The notes under the pieces were generated by a model. That model worked only from the letters and a program-made list of their open reading frames with translations. It had not been told where the DNA came from and made no database searches. DNA of 38,251 nt from a virus (lineage: Duplodnaviria > Caudoviricetes), in IMG/VR virus record IMGVR_UViG_3300033406_000021, positions 1-38,251 of that record; one strand, given 5' to 3'. Numbering within the stretch: position 1 is the stretch's first letter; the number at the start of each line of letters is the position of its first letter. This document shows positions 17,724 through 26,436 of the stretch, in pieces. The position numbers were made by a program, and so were the translations under genes.

Positions 17724-18025
17724 ACCGGCTTAATCTCCATGACGAAGGTGCGATGCGGATCCAGCAAGCCATCCAGGTACAGGTTCTTCTGCGGATTGTT
17801 CCCGGAAGGCGAAACGGCCGCCTCCGGCGACGCCAGCCAGTGCGACACCTGCGCAGCGCACCACATTTGCACTGATCTCGGCATTTCGACCGTCGCGTAG
17901 TTGTGGCCGGTTTCATGGCTTGCACTAGCCGTGGCACTGGCAATCATGGCCGGCAGAATGGCGTCGAATTCATCGCCATCGATGCGGCACCAGGCCTTGA
18001 TGAAGTCGGTGCTCGGCTCGGCCAT
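17720..18025 (-). CDS. Head-tail connector (HK97 gp6-like)
   Basis: K.WCRID.DE.DA.L..MI.SA, LLDPHR; synteny. Confidence 0.75.
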   Translation of the reverse strand: MAEPSTDFIKAWCRIDGDEFDAILPAMIASATASASHETGHNYATVEMPRSVQMWCAAQVSHWLASPEAAVSPSGNNPQKNLYLDGLLDPHRTFVMEIKPV

Positions 18026-18031
18026 GATCGA

Positions 18032-18247
18032 TTACTCCGACTTGTTTTCCGGCGCCTTGCCGGCGTTCTTGTTTTCCGGGGCTCCGGCTTTCGCCTTGGA
18101 TTCCTTCGCCCACTTGTTCTTGATGGCGACATCGAACAGATCGTCATCAGCATCGATCACGTCGCCCGCCTTGTACTCGACGACATCACAGCCGCGATGC
18201 GCGAACTTGAAGTCTTGCGTGACTTCAATGGATTTCTTGGTTCCCAT
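18032..18247 (-). CDS. Small Lys-rich hypothetical virion-associated protein
   Basis: GGAG RBS; APENK repeated twice at the C-terminus; follows the capsid gene. Confidence 0.7.
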   Translation of the reverse strand: MGTKKSIEVTQDFKFAHRGCDVVEYKAGDVIDADDDLFDVAIKNKWAKESKAKAGAPENKNAGKAPENKSE

Positions 18248-18261
18248 TCATATCTCCAATG

Positions 18262-18287
18262 AAAACGGGCCGCCCGAAGGCGACCCG
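18262..18287 (-). terminator. Intrinsic terminator after the major capsid gene
   Basis: Minus strand CGGGTCGCC-TTCG-GGCGGCCCG-TTTT. Confidence 0.75.
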
Positions 18288-18306
18288 CTTGGGTTGCAAA
18301 CAACGA

Positions 18307-19659
18307 TCAGGCCGAGAACTTGAACAGCTTGATGGCGTTGGAATCGGCCAGGAAACCACCGACCCGCTTGGTCACGTAGAACCCGACAAACGGCTTGTTG
18401 GTGTAGGGGTCGCGCAGGATTCGGGTGCCGATGCGATCGACGATGGTGTAGCCGCGCTTGAAGTCACCGAAGGCGATGGACAGCGCATTTGCGGCTTTGG
18501 CCGGCATGTCTTCGTTCTCGGAGATACCGTAGCCCAGCAGAGTATCCGGCTGGCCGGCTTCCAGACCCGGACGCCAGATGTAGTTGCCGTCGACATCCTT
18601 GAGTTTGCGAACTTCGCCAAGCATGGTCTTCGAGGTCATCCAGCGCGCGTTGGTGCGATAGCCCTTCTTCAGCGCATAGACCACATCCAGCAGCTTGTCC
18701 TGCGGGTTGGCGGCTGCCCAGTCGGCGGCCGCGCCGGAGACGATATGCTGCAGGGTGCCGAAGGCGCGGGCGCCGTCGGCCGTGGCTGCGGTGGCGTAGG
18801 CCAGAAAACCCTTCGGCTTCTTGAGGCCGTCGCCGGTGGTGAATGCGGCGCCTTCCTTCTCGGCGAAAGTCTGCGCACATTCGCCTTCGATGAACTGTTC
18901 GGCGTTAAAGAAGACGTCATCCAGCATCTGCTGGGTGGCCTGGGGATAGGCATAGACCTCGCCCATGAACGGGGTGAGGATGGCCAATTGGCTGGGATCT
19001 GTGGCGGCGCGAGGGTCATCCTCATCCACCCATCCGCCGGTCGTGCCGCCCTTGTTGGCCAGCTTCTTGTAGTCAGAGCCACCAACGACGATGACGTTGG
19101 ATACCTCACGCATCGGCGAGATGTCGCGCATCAATTCGAGGATGTCGCGGTCCAGCTCTTCCGGCACGGCATAGCCGCCATCGGCGTCGGTGGTGATGTT
19201 GTAAGCCCTCTGCTGCAGCTCGCCCAGGCCATCATCGGCACCCTTGCGGATGAACTTGCCGAAGGCGGCCTTGTGCTCTGCCTTAGCCGGATCGACATCA
19301 CCGGTTGCGCCCGGGCGATTGAGCTTTTTCATAAGCGTGTCGAACTCGGACTTGATGTCGCCAATCTTGCTCAGCTCCTCGCTGATCTTCGACAGCTTTG
19401 CCTCGAAGCCTTCGACCGACTTGCCATCAGCCTTGGCCTGCAGGCGGGCGTCGTTGGTCTTCTTGAATTCCTCGAAAGTTTCCCCCTGCTTCTGCAGCAG
19501 TTCCTTCAGGGAGCCGAAATCGACCTCACCGAGCGCCATCGGCACCAGGCCGCCCGCCAAGGCGGCATCAGCGGTGATGAAACCGACAGCGTGAGCAGCA
19601 GTCGCCAAGAGGCCGACCGCCAAGGCGATGACGGCGCGGAACATGGATTTCTTGTTCAT
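18307..19659 (-). CDS. Major capsid protein, HK97 fold, with delta domain
   Basis: DGGYAVPEELD..I, P.ATQQMLDD, AF..GDG..KPKGFL, LKD.DGNYIW, FGDFKRGY.I.DR.G.R.LRDPYT.KP.V.FY..KRVGG. Confidence 0.96.
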   Translation of the reverse strand: MNKKSMFRAVIALAVGLLATAAHAVGFITADAALAGGLVPMALGEVDFGSLKELLQKQGETFEEFKKTNDARLQAKADGKSVEGFEAKLSKISEELSKIGDIKSEFDTLMKKLNRPGATGDVDPAKAEHKAAFGKFIRKGADDGLGELQQRAYNITTDADGGYAVPEELDRDILELMRDISPMREVSNVIVVGGSDYKKLANKGGTTGGWVDEDDPRAATDPSQLAILTPFMGEVYAYPQATQQMLDDVFFNAEQFIEGECAQTFAEKEGAAFTTGDGLKKPKGFLAYATAATADGARAFGTLQHIVSGAAADWAAANPQDKLLDVVYALKKGYRTNARWMTSKTMLGEVRKLKDVDGNYIWRPGLEAGQPDTLLGYGISENEDMPAKAANALSIAFGDFKRGYTIVDRIGTRILRDPYTNKPFVGFYVTKRVGGFLADSNAIKLFKFSA

Positions 19660-19672
19660 GAGAACAGTCCTT

Positions 19673-20305
19673 TTAGTGGGAAAAAACAGCGGTGTTGCGC
19701 TTCATCAGCGCGGCTAGTTCGCCCAACTCACCAGCATCGCGCTGGCCATGCAGGGACTTGATGCGGGCGACGAGCGCCAGCGCTTCACGACGCGAGAGCC
19801 CACCTGCATCGCGCAGGTATGCCTCGGCGTCAGAAAGGGAAGTGATCCGCTCGACGCCCTTAACGGATGAGACGCGTGCAGATTCATTAGCGGGAAAGGT
19901 CACCGGGGAGACCTCCCAGAGATCGACGGCTTTCAGGGAGCGAATGCCGGTGACTTTGTCGTAGCTGTCTTCCCGCGACACGAAGCCTATCGAGAGACCG
20001 TTGAGGGCATCCATCTTGAGCAGCTCGTAGGTTTCGGCGCCGCGCACGGTTTTGAGGGCCAACTTGCCCTCGACATAGAGGCCGACGCTGTCTTCCTTTA
20101 CCAGGGTATAGACACCAATCGGCTCGCTGCTGCGGTGCTGCCAGAGCATGGCCGGCCGACGCACCTTGAGGCTTTCAGCAAATGCGCCCGGCAGCACGAC
20201 TTCCTTATAGGAATCGACGACACCAAACACGGAACCATAGCCAGAAAAAAGGCCGTCTTCGGAGACGGCCTTGATCTTGAACGGGATGTCGAGATGGTCA
20301 CGCAT
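19673..20305 (-). CDS. HK97-family prohead protease
   Basis: F.GYGSVF...D, MLWQH, GLSIGF, LWEVS.VTFPAN. Confidence 0.95.
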   Translation of the reverse strand: MRDHLDIPFKIKAVSEDGLFSGYGSVFGVVDSYKEVVLPGAFAESLKVRRPAMLWQHRSSEPIGVYTLVKEDSVGLYVEGKLALKTVRGAETYELLKMDALNGLSIGFVSREDSYDKVTGIRSLKAVDLWEVSPVTFPANESARVSSVKGVERITSLSDAEAYLRDAGGLSRREALALVARIKSLHGQRDAGELGELAALMKRNTAVFSH

Positions 20306-21518
20306 TGGCGTTTCCTTCCTTCTGCGATGCCGCCAGCTCGGCGGACAGGTTGATCGGGGTCAGCGGCTTGTCGAGTTCGTCGAGCGGGTTGAGATCGAGC
20401 ATCTCCCGCGCTTCGTTGCGCGTCATGATTCCGATGCCAGCCAGCTTGTAGAGATACTCGGCGGTGTCCTTGAGGGCTCCACGAAGCAGCCCGCGCTCTT
20501 CGAGCTTCACGTAGTAGCCGGCATGGCGCTCGGCTTCGGTCAGCAACTGGCAGTCGAATGCCTGCTCGATCCGCTCGAACCACGGCCCAAGGGTATGCAC
20601 GACATGCGCCAGGAAGTTCTGCTCGGCGCCGGCGTAAGTGCTGGCCTTGTCGTTGCTGCTGACCATGATCGGCATCACGCGGAAAACGCGGCAGATCTCC
20701 TCGATCTGAAAGCGGCGCGTCTCCAGGTGCTGCGAGTCGACGCCGCTCATGGCCATGGGCACATACTTGGCTGAGCGGTCCAGGATCATCGTTCGGTAAG
20801 CGTTTTCACCGCCGACGTAGTTGTCTTCGATCCACTTGCGCAGTGCCTTGAACTGTGGCTCATCAAGCTTTCCTTCGACTGACAGCATGCCGCCCGCCCG
20901 GGCACCGTTTGAATGCAGCCGGGCGTGAGCCTCCTCGGTGGCAATTGCCAGGCCGATGGCTTCGCGCGCCTGTCGCACGACGTCCATGCCGACAACACCG
21001 CTCCAGCTCGGCCCTTGAATGTGCAGGATGGCCTCGGCCGGGAAGGCAATGGACCCACTCTTGCCGGTGATGACGTAGCGCGAAGGCTCGCCCATGATGT
21101 CGGACTTCTCGACCCGCACCGCGCCCGGCTCGATGTTGATCAGCTCGAGCACCCGGCCGCCGGCGCCGCGATTGATGAACGCGTAGCCGTTGCCGGTCAG
21201 CGCTGCATGCAGCACCAGCGTCTCGCGAAAAGCGAAGCTGGTCGTCACGTCGTTCGGCCGGCGATGCAGAATGCCCCATAGCGGATGGTCGAAGGCTTCC
21301 AGCTTGTTGCGGCCATCGCGACGCAGCAGCTTGAACGGTACCTGGGCAACGCCTTCCGCAATGACTCGAACGCAAGCCAGCACCGTCGCGACCCTGAGCG
21401 CATTGGCTACAGTGACCGACTGGCCGCTCTTGCTCGCCCCCAACTGCAGGATCTCGGCAGCCAGATCGAGCACCGTCGCTTCCTTGCGGCGGAACGGCCA
21501 AAGATTATTCAGCTTCAT
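20298..21518 (-). CDS. HK97-family portal protein
   Basis: V.ACV.VIAE.VAQ.P, HPL..IL..RPN, GN.YA, LETRRFQIEEICR.F, T.NEAR; start placed at ATG 21518. Confidence 0.95.
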   Translation of the reverse strand: MKLNNLWPFRRKEATVLDLAAEILQLGASKSGQSVTVANALRVATVLACVRVIAEGVAQVPFKLLRRDGRNKLEAFDHPLWGILHRRPNDVTTSFAFRETLVLHAALTGNGYAFINRGAGGRVLELINIEPGAVRVEKSDIMGEPSRYVITGKSGSIAFPAEAILHIQGPSWSGVVGMDVVRQAREAIGLAIATEEAHARLHSNGARAGGMLSVEGKLDEPQFKALRKWIEDNYVGGENAYRTMILDRSAKYVPMAMSGVDSQHLETRRFQIEEICRVFRVMPIMVSSNDKASTYAGAEQNFLAHVVHTLGPWFERIEQAFDCQLLTEAERHAGYYVKLEERGLLRGALKDTAEYLYKLAGIGIMTRNEAREMLDLNPLDELDKPLTPINLSAELAASQKEGNANA

Positions 21519-23334
21519 CAGTCGATTCCCAGAAGGATCCTTTGTCTTCAACATGCACCACAGCCCGGCTCAATGCCGTGACGATCGCTACGACCGGATC
21601 AATCCGGCCGTTTTTCTTGCTCTTTTTCTTGTCCGGCCGGAAGTTGTCGTTGCTGTCGAACAGCAAGGCGACGTTGCCGGCGGACCAGCGAAGGAGCGGG
21701 TTCGCGTTGTGCCGGAGGCGGCGGGAATACACCAGCTCCTCGAGCTTCTTGCTGCCCGGGTACATGCCGCCAGTGTTCTGCGGCACCTCGACCAGCGGGA
21801 TGTCCTCTTCGATCAACTCATTGATGATCTGCAGGGCGTTCCACTTGTCGAAGCCGATCTCCTGGACGTCGTAGTCGCGACAGACTTGGCGAATGGCGTC
21901 CATCACCGGCTTGTAGTCGGTGACGTCGCCTTCGGTGACGTTCAGCCAGCCTTCTTTTTCCCAGCGGTCGTAGGGTGCGGCGTCGTCTTCCTGAGCATCC
22001 ACCTTGGACCGCGGGCACCAGACCCAGACCAGCACATACCACTCGCCGCCGGGTTCGTCGGGCGGGAAGACCAAGGCCAGCGCAGTCAGGTCGCGCGTGC
22101 TGGCCAGGTCAAGGCCGCCGTAGCATTGCCGGCCGGCCAGCAGCGCCGGGTCGAACTTCTTCTTGCCCTTGTCCCAGACCTCTAGGTCGAACCACCCCTC
22201 CGCATCGTTGCACCAGATGTTGAGGTCTTTGGTCTTGAAGTTGGCCAGCGAACTGGGCAGCGCCTTGGCTTTTCGTGCCATCCCGCGCAGGTAGTCGATC
22301 GTTTTCGACTTGCCCAGGCCGGGATTCGCCTTGATCCAGTTGCGTTCGTCGAAGACGTCATCGTCCTCGTCGAGGGTGTACACGTAGCCGAAGACGTCGT
22401 CGTCTTCGCGCCGCCCTTCAAGCACCGACACCAGGTAGCCGCGGATTTCTGTGCAGATCCCGTCGAGTATGAAACCGGCCGTCGTGATCGCCGAGAGCAG
22501 TGGCTGCAGGCGAGCACCGAAGCCAGACTCCAGAACGTCCCACTGTTCCCGCGAGGCTTGCGCGTGCAGCTCGTCGAACATGACGGCAGACGGGTTGAAA
22601 CCGTCCTGCGCGTCGGCGTTGCTAGCCAGTGGCTTGAAGACCGAGGCGCCCGCCTCGATGCGTTCCTGATTCATCCCCTCGAAGATGCGGAAGCTGCGGG
22701 CGATGCCCGGCGAGCGTTTCCGCCACCGCTTGAAGTTCTCGAAGGCCGGTTTGAAAACCGTCATTGCCTGTTCGCGGGTGGTGGCCACCGCGTAGACTTC
22801 GGCGCCGGACTCGCCGTCCATCATGAACAGATAGGCGCCCTGCGGCCCTTTCCAGGTGCTTTTCCCGTTTTTACGGGCGACTTCCTCATATGCTCGGGTG
22901 AAACGCCGGCGACCATCCAGCCGGCGCCAGCCGTAGAGCACCGCCGTCCAAAACTTCTGCCACGGATCCAGCAGGATCGGCGTACCAGCTAGCGCCCCCT
23001 TGATATGAACAAAGAAGCGCTCGATGTACTCGATCACGTGCCAGGCATGCGCCGGACTGAACACAAGGCCGCGCTTGTGGGCCTCCTGCAGATCGCGGTA
23101 GTGACGCTCGATAGCCAGCAGCACCAGTCTGCCGACGACAATCTCGCCGAGCAGCACCGGTACGCCGTACGCGCGATCCCACTCCTGCCAGGTCTCTTCC
23201 GGCGGAATCAGGCGCTTACGCTTGGCCTGCCCTTTGCGTACTCGACCATGTCGCCGAACAGGTCGTCCTGTTGAGCGGTTCCGGTTTTGCTTTCCCGCAG
23301 CTTCGCCTCGATTGTCGACATCACCGTCAAACAC
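21505..23334 (-). CDS. terL: Terminase large subunit
   Basis: Walker A VARKNGKST, Walker B VMFDELH, ITTAG, W.KANP.LG, GLDLAS..DL, IDP; start codon uncertain. Confidence 0.95.
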   Translation of the reverse strand: MFDGDVDNRGEAAGKQNRNRSTGRPVRRHGRVRKGQAKRKRLIPPEETWQEWDRAYGVPVLLGEIVVGRLVLLAIERHYRDLQEAHKRGLVFSPAHAWHVIEYIERFFVHIKGALAGTPILLDPWQKFWTAVLYGWRRLDGRRRFTRAYEEVARKNGKSTWKGPQGAYLFMMDGESGAEVYAVATTREQAMTVFKPAFENFKRWRKRSPGIARSFRIFEGMNQERIEAGASVFKPLASNADAQDGFNPSAVMFDELHAQASREQWDVLESGFGARLQPLLSAITTAGFILDGICTEIRGYLVSVLEGRREDDDVFGYVYTLDEDDDVFDERNWIKANPGLGKSKTIDYLRGMARKAKALPSSLANFKTKDLNIWCNDAEGWFDLEVWDKGKKKFDPALLAGRQCYGGLDLASTRDLTALALVFPPDEPGGEWYVLVWVWCPRSKVDAQEDDAAPYDRWEKEGWLNVTEGDVTDYKPVMDAIRQVCRDYDVQEIGFDKWNALQIINELIEEDIPLVEVPQNTGGMYPGSKKLEELVYSRRLRHNANPLLRWSAGNVALLFDSNDNFRPDKKKSKKNGRIDPVVAIVTALSRAVVHVEDKGSFWESTDEAE

Positions 23335-23729
23335 GCTTCCGGAAGTTCCTTCTTGATTTCGGCGCGGGAGTTGCGCTCATTGAAGCTGTGCGGCAATTCG
23401 AAGCGGTTGCCCTTCTCGCTCGTGCCGTACCGACCTTCGGTGACACAGAGTTTCACGTCCTCGGACCACGACTGCAGAGAGTGGGCCAGCATCATCAGTT
23501 GGATTCCGGCCGCCTTGATGTTCCGGCCGTCCCGGATCAGCGCCTCGGCGATCCAGTCATACAGCCTCAACCCCTGCCGATCCAGGCCATGGCCCGGAGG
23601 CGGCGCCGGAACATCGACTCCGGCAATGACCTTACGAACCCAACCTTCACCGCCACCGGGAAGGGCAATAAATTTTCCCTTTTCATCGTCCACAGCGGCT
23701 CCAAAAACAGAAAAGCCCCGGAAAACCAT
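23208..23729 (-). CDS. terS: Probable terminase small subunit
   Basis: Position between HNH and terL; PAPPP..L and HS/DDLF features; low motif certainty. Confidence 0.6.
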   Translation of the reverse strand: MVFRGFSVFGAAVDDEKGKFIALPGGGEGWVRKVIAGVDVPAPPPGHGLDRQGLRLYDWIAEALIRDGRNIKAAGIQLMMLAHSLQSWSEDVKLCVTEGRYGTSEKGNRFELPHSFNERNSRAEIKKELPEACLTVMSTIEAKLRESKTGTAQQDDLFGDMVEYAKGRPSVSA

Positions 23730-23810
23730 TCCGAGGCTTGATTAAATCGAATACAGAGCAGGTTTTCTTACCCCTCCCCCCTCTGCCAAAACTTCCCCAT
23801 AAATTCGTGC

Positions 23811-24221
23811 CTAGGCGACCGGTCTAGAGGCATTTGGGGCTGGACTTTTAACCCCCCTCCCCTGCCCGCTCTTTTCTTCGGCCTGTTTGACCTTGTCGTG
23901 GTGCAGCTTGCACAGAGGCTGCCAGTTGTTGTCGGTGTCCCAGAACAGATCCTGGTCACCACGGTGAGGAATGATGTGGTCGACAATCGTAGCCGCAGTA
24001 ATCCGGCCTTCGTCCTCGCACATCTTGCAAAGCGGGCGGCGGCGGAGGAATGTTTCTCGCGCCTTCTGCCATCGGCTGTTGTAGCCACGCTGGCTCGAAG
24101 AGCCTCGCCGGGAGTCGTACTGCTTCTCGACTTCCTTGCGATGGGCATCGCAGTAAGCACCGCTTTTAACCAAGGCCTTGCAGCCGGGGTGCCGACACGG
24201 CTTAGGCGCTGATCGCGGCAT
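23811..24221 (-). CDS. HNH endonuclease, packaging-associated (HK97 gp74-like)
   Basis: Start MPRSAPKPC at 24221; RGY..RW..AR..FL, PLC..C, VDHIIPHRGD..LFWD..NWQPLC..HH. Confidence 0.92.
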   Translation of the reverse strand: MPRSAPKPCRHPGCKALVKSGAYCDAHRKEVEKQYDSRRGSSSQRGYNSRWQKARETFLRRRPLCKMCEDEGRITAATIVDHIIPHRGDQDLFWDTDNNWQPLCKLHHDKVKQAEEKSGQGRGVKSPAPNASRPVA

Positions 24222-24231
24222 GTCTTCCCCT

Positions 24232-24260
24232 GTACTTTTTAACCATACACCCTGTGTCAA
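24232..24260 (-). promoter_or_regulatory. Candidate late promoter
   Basis: Perfect TTGACA (24260-24255) upstream of the HNH start; no consensus -10 at 16-18 bp. Confidence 0.45.
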
Positions 24261-24287
24261 CCCCCCTCTTTGAAAAACCCATGTCGC

Positions 24288-24755
24288 TCACCCCCTCCGC
24301 AGCCGCGAGGCCAGCTGGCCTTCCATCATCAACTCTGCATCGCGCAGGCAATCGATGCCGATCGACACGGCGGCATTGCCCTTAGGGTCAGGCCGATGGC
24401 CGGTACCGCCGCACTTGCTGCACGGGAACTGCTCGACACCCGTCACACCTCGCCCGCCGCAAGCAAGGCAGCGGCTATCCTTCCAGAACTCGAAGGCTTT
24501 GAACGCCAGCTCCTTGACGCCATCGGCTGGCACTCCGCGCCGCTGCATCTCCTTCGCCAGGACAAGGACCACGCCCCACATACCCACCGCACTGGGCGGC
24601 TCGGCCAGGAAGCGGACAACGTAGAAGCCAAGCGGGTTATGCCGGCCAGAAATCCCCAGCGCGACAGCACACTCATGCGGCCACAAACCCCAGGTCAGGT
24701 TCCCCGACGCCGACGCAGTGACAGCACTTTCCACCCGGACATGATCAACTACCAT
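24288..24755 (-). CDS. Zn-finger late-gene regulator (Q-like position)
   Basis: CLACGGRG...CSKCGGTG; last gene before the late operon. Confidence 0.6.
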   Translation of the reverse strand: MVVDHVRVESAVTASASGNLTWGLWPHECAVALGISGRHNPLGFYVVRFLAEPPSAVGMWGVVLVLAKEMQRRGVPADGVKELAFKAFEFWKDSRCLACGGRGVTGVEQFPCSKCGGTGHRPDPKGNAAVSIGIDCLRDAELMMEGQLASRLRRG

Positions 24756-24943
24756 TTGCCATTCCCCTTCAATGCGCCAGCCTTGGCCAGCTTGGTCAGT
24801 CGGCGAATCCGCCGGGCCTTGCGCCGACGATCCTGCTCCCTCAATCGCTCCTCTTCAGCCGCCATCCGCGCCCGCATGCCGCGCAGGCGATCGATGATCA
24901 AGGCCGGGTCCTGGTACATCCAACCGAACGGCACGCACGTCAT
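24749..24943 (-). CDS. Hypothetical basic protein
   Basis: Translationally coupled (ATGA overlap); Y.DPA motif; Arg-rich helix. Confidence 0.6.
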   Translation of the reverse strand: MTCVPFGWMYQDPALIIDRLRGMRARMAAEEERLREQDRRRKARRIRRLTKLAKAGALKGNGKW

Positions 24944-25176
24944 TTCTTGGCTTTCTCCCTAGCGATGCTTTGACGAACGCGGGCGGTCACACCGCGCCGC
25001 AAATCCTGCTCGATGGCCTCGGCCATCGCACGCATGACAACCTCGAAGGCCCGGCCATCCACCTGGGAGGCGTACCGGAAAACATGGCTGTTCCACGTCA
25101 TGTCGATTCCGAAAAACCCGGTCACCGCCGTCAGATCTTTGGCTGTCTGCGGGGAAATCAGCACCGGCCCGCTCAT
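24940..25176 (-). CDS. Hypothetical protein
   Basis: ATGA overlaps on both sides within the replication operon. Confidence 0.65.
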   Translation of the reverse strand: MSGPVLISPQTAKDLTAVTGFFGIDMTWNSHVFRYASQVDGRAFEVVMRAMAEAIEQDLRRGVTARVRQSIAREKAKK

Positions 25177-25385
25177 AGCGCCACCATCCCGCCGTGGCAG
25201 TCATCGTCGAACGAGTCGTCGCCAGCCTCCAGATCACGGAAGTCCGGCCGCCGCACCCGCTTGGCCGGCCGGACGAACTTCTCGCCAAGCACCGCCTCGG
25301 CCATATCACGCATCGCCAACGACACGCCAGCCTCGCCGGCCTCATAGCGAGCCTTGACCTTCAGCCACGGCGTCAGATCGGGCAT
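25173..25385 (-). CDS. Hypothetical protein
   Basis: GGAGGTG RBS upstream; coupled to the next gene. Confidence 0.6.
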   Translation of the reverse strand: MPDLTPWLKVKARYEAGEAGVSLAMRDMAEAVLGEKFVRPAKRVRRPDFRDLEAGDDSFDDDCHGGMVAL

Positions 25386-26395
25386 AACTCACCTCCTCGC
25401 TTGCTCTGCACCGCCTTGCGGCGCTGCTTCTCGGCATCCTCGATGTGCATCAACGCCAGCTCGACGCGACCGCGCAGCCGAGCTATCGGCTCATCGGGCA
25501 AGCGATCGATGCCGACCGCCTTGCCCTTCGCGATGATTCCCGCCTCGCTGTTCCACCAAGCGGACCATGCCGGCTCAATCGCATTCCCCCTGCTGACCCT
25601 ACGGCCTGCGATCACGCGCTGAACGAAGATATCCAGGAACGGCAGGTTGATCGGGGCATGGTTTTGCGTACTCTCTCGATCGCTTTTAGCGAGGCTGTAA
25701 GCCTCGTGCAGTTCCTCGCCGGTCACGGCGAGGGCCACCCAACCGGCGACTTGCGCCGCTCGACTTGTCAGCCTGGCGGCGCAGCCGCGCTGGTGTTCGT
25801 GCAGACGTATCCACTCGACCATCTGCTCAGCCTGCAGCGGCACCAGCAGCAAATCCGGGTTATCCACAGGCGCTGTACATGCTGCTGCTGATGCTTGAAT
25901 AGAAGGATGGTTTACTCTTACTTCTGAGGTGTGCCCCTTTGTGGGGTTTTGGGGCTGCCCCATTGCGTGCCCCATATCACCCGCAAACCCTTGCGCCTGC
26001 TGGGTTTCACCATGCCCCAATGCATGCCCCTTTACCGTGCCCCTTTGATGCCCCTTTAGTTTTTCGCGAGCAGCACCAACACTCGCTTTCGGAAGCAAAA
26101 AAACAAGCACCTCGCCGTTCCCGCAAGGCTCGATCAAGCCATGCTTCTCCAGCTGCTGCAGCGCGCTACGCACCGCCTTCTTGGTCGGCGACCCTGACTC
26201 CGAGCGACCCGGTGCCGGCTCGATGTAGAGCTCTTCACACAAGCTCTGCAAGCTAATGCCGCGCACATCGCCAACACGCCGCGACGCCACGCTCATGTAC
26301 CAGCGGAGCACCACGTAGAGCCGGAACTGCATGTACGGCAAGCCCGCCAGGGCCTCCCATTCAGCATCGACGATGGAAATCGCCTTTTCGCTCAC
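25373..26395 (-). CDS. Replication initiator (lambda O-like position, winged-HTH N-terminus)
   Basis: GTG start at 26395 with GAGGGGG RBS; ISLQSLCEELY...KKAVRSALQQLEKHGLI; internal iteron array; follows cII. Confidence 0.75.
   Translation of the reverse strand: MSEKAISIVDAEWEALAGLPYMQFRLYVVLRWYMSVASRRVGDVRGISLQSLCEELYIEPAPGRSESGSPTKKAVRSALQQLEKHGLIEPCGNGEVLVFLLPKASVGAAREKLKGHQRGTVKGHALGHGETQQAQGFAGDMGHAMGQPQNPTKGHTSEVRVNHPSIQASAAACTAPVDNPDLLLVPLQAEQMVEWIRLHEHQRGCAARLTSRAAQVAGWVALAVTGEELHEAYSLAKSDRESTQNHAPINLPFLDIFVQRVIAGRRVSRGNAIEPAWSAWWNSEAGIIAKGKAVGIDRLPDEPIARLRGRVELALMHIEDAEKQRRKAVQSKRGGELCPI
25860..26057. repeat. Putative replication origin: 7 iterons TGCCCCWWW + AT-rich spacer + DnaA box
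   Basis: Copies start at 25932, 25956, 25968, 26013, 26025, 26038, 26049; TTATCCACA at 25860-25868. Confidence 0.8.
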
Positions 26396-26436
26396 ACGCC
26401 CCCTCAATGGTTGTTTTTATAGGTAAGCAAGAACGA

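Noticed and set aside
18259-19761. Long antisense ORFs (18259..19761, 34635..36194, 11019..12185, 9892..10914 and similar)
   Set aside because: Shadow ORFs opposite well-supported genes in high-GC DNA, with no motifs.
24230-24245. Second LexA box CTGTACTTTTTAACCA at the late promoter
   Set aside because: Right half is ACCA rather than ACAG.
25932-26057. CRISPR-like array
   Set aside because: Repeats are 9 bp with mostly 2-4-bp gaps inside a coding sequence, which fits iterons. No CRISPR array, tRNA or rRNA was recognised in the window.
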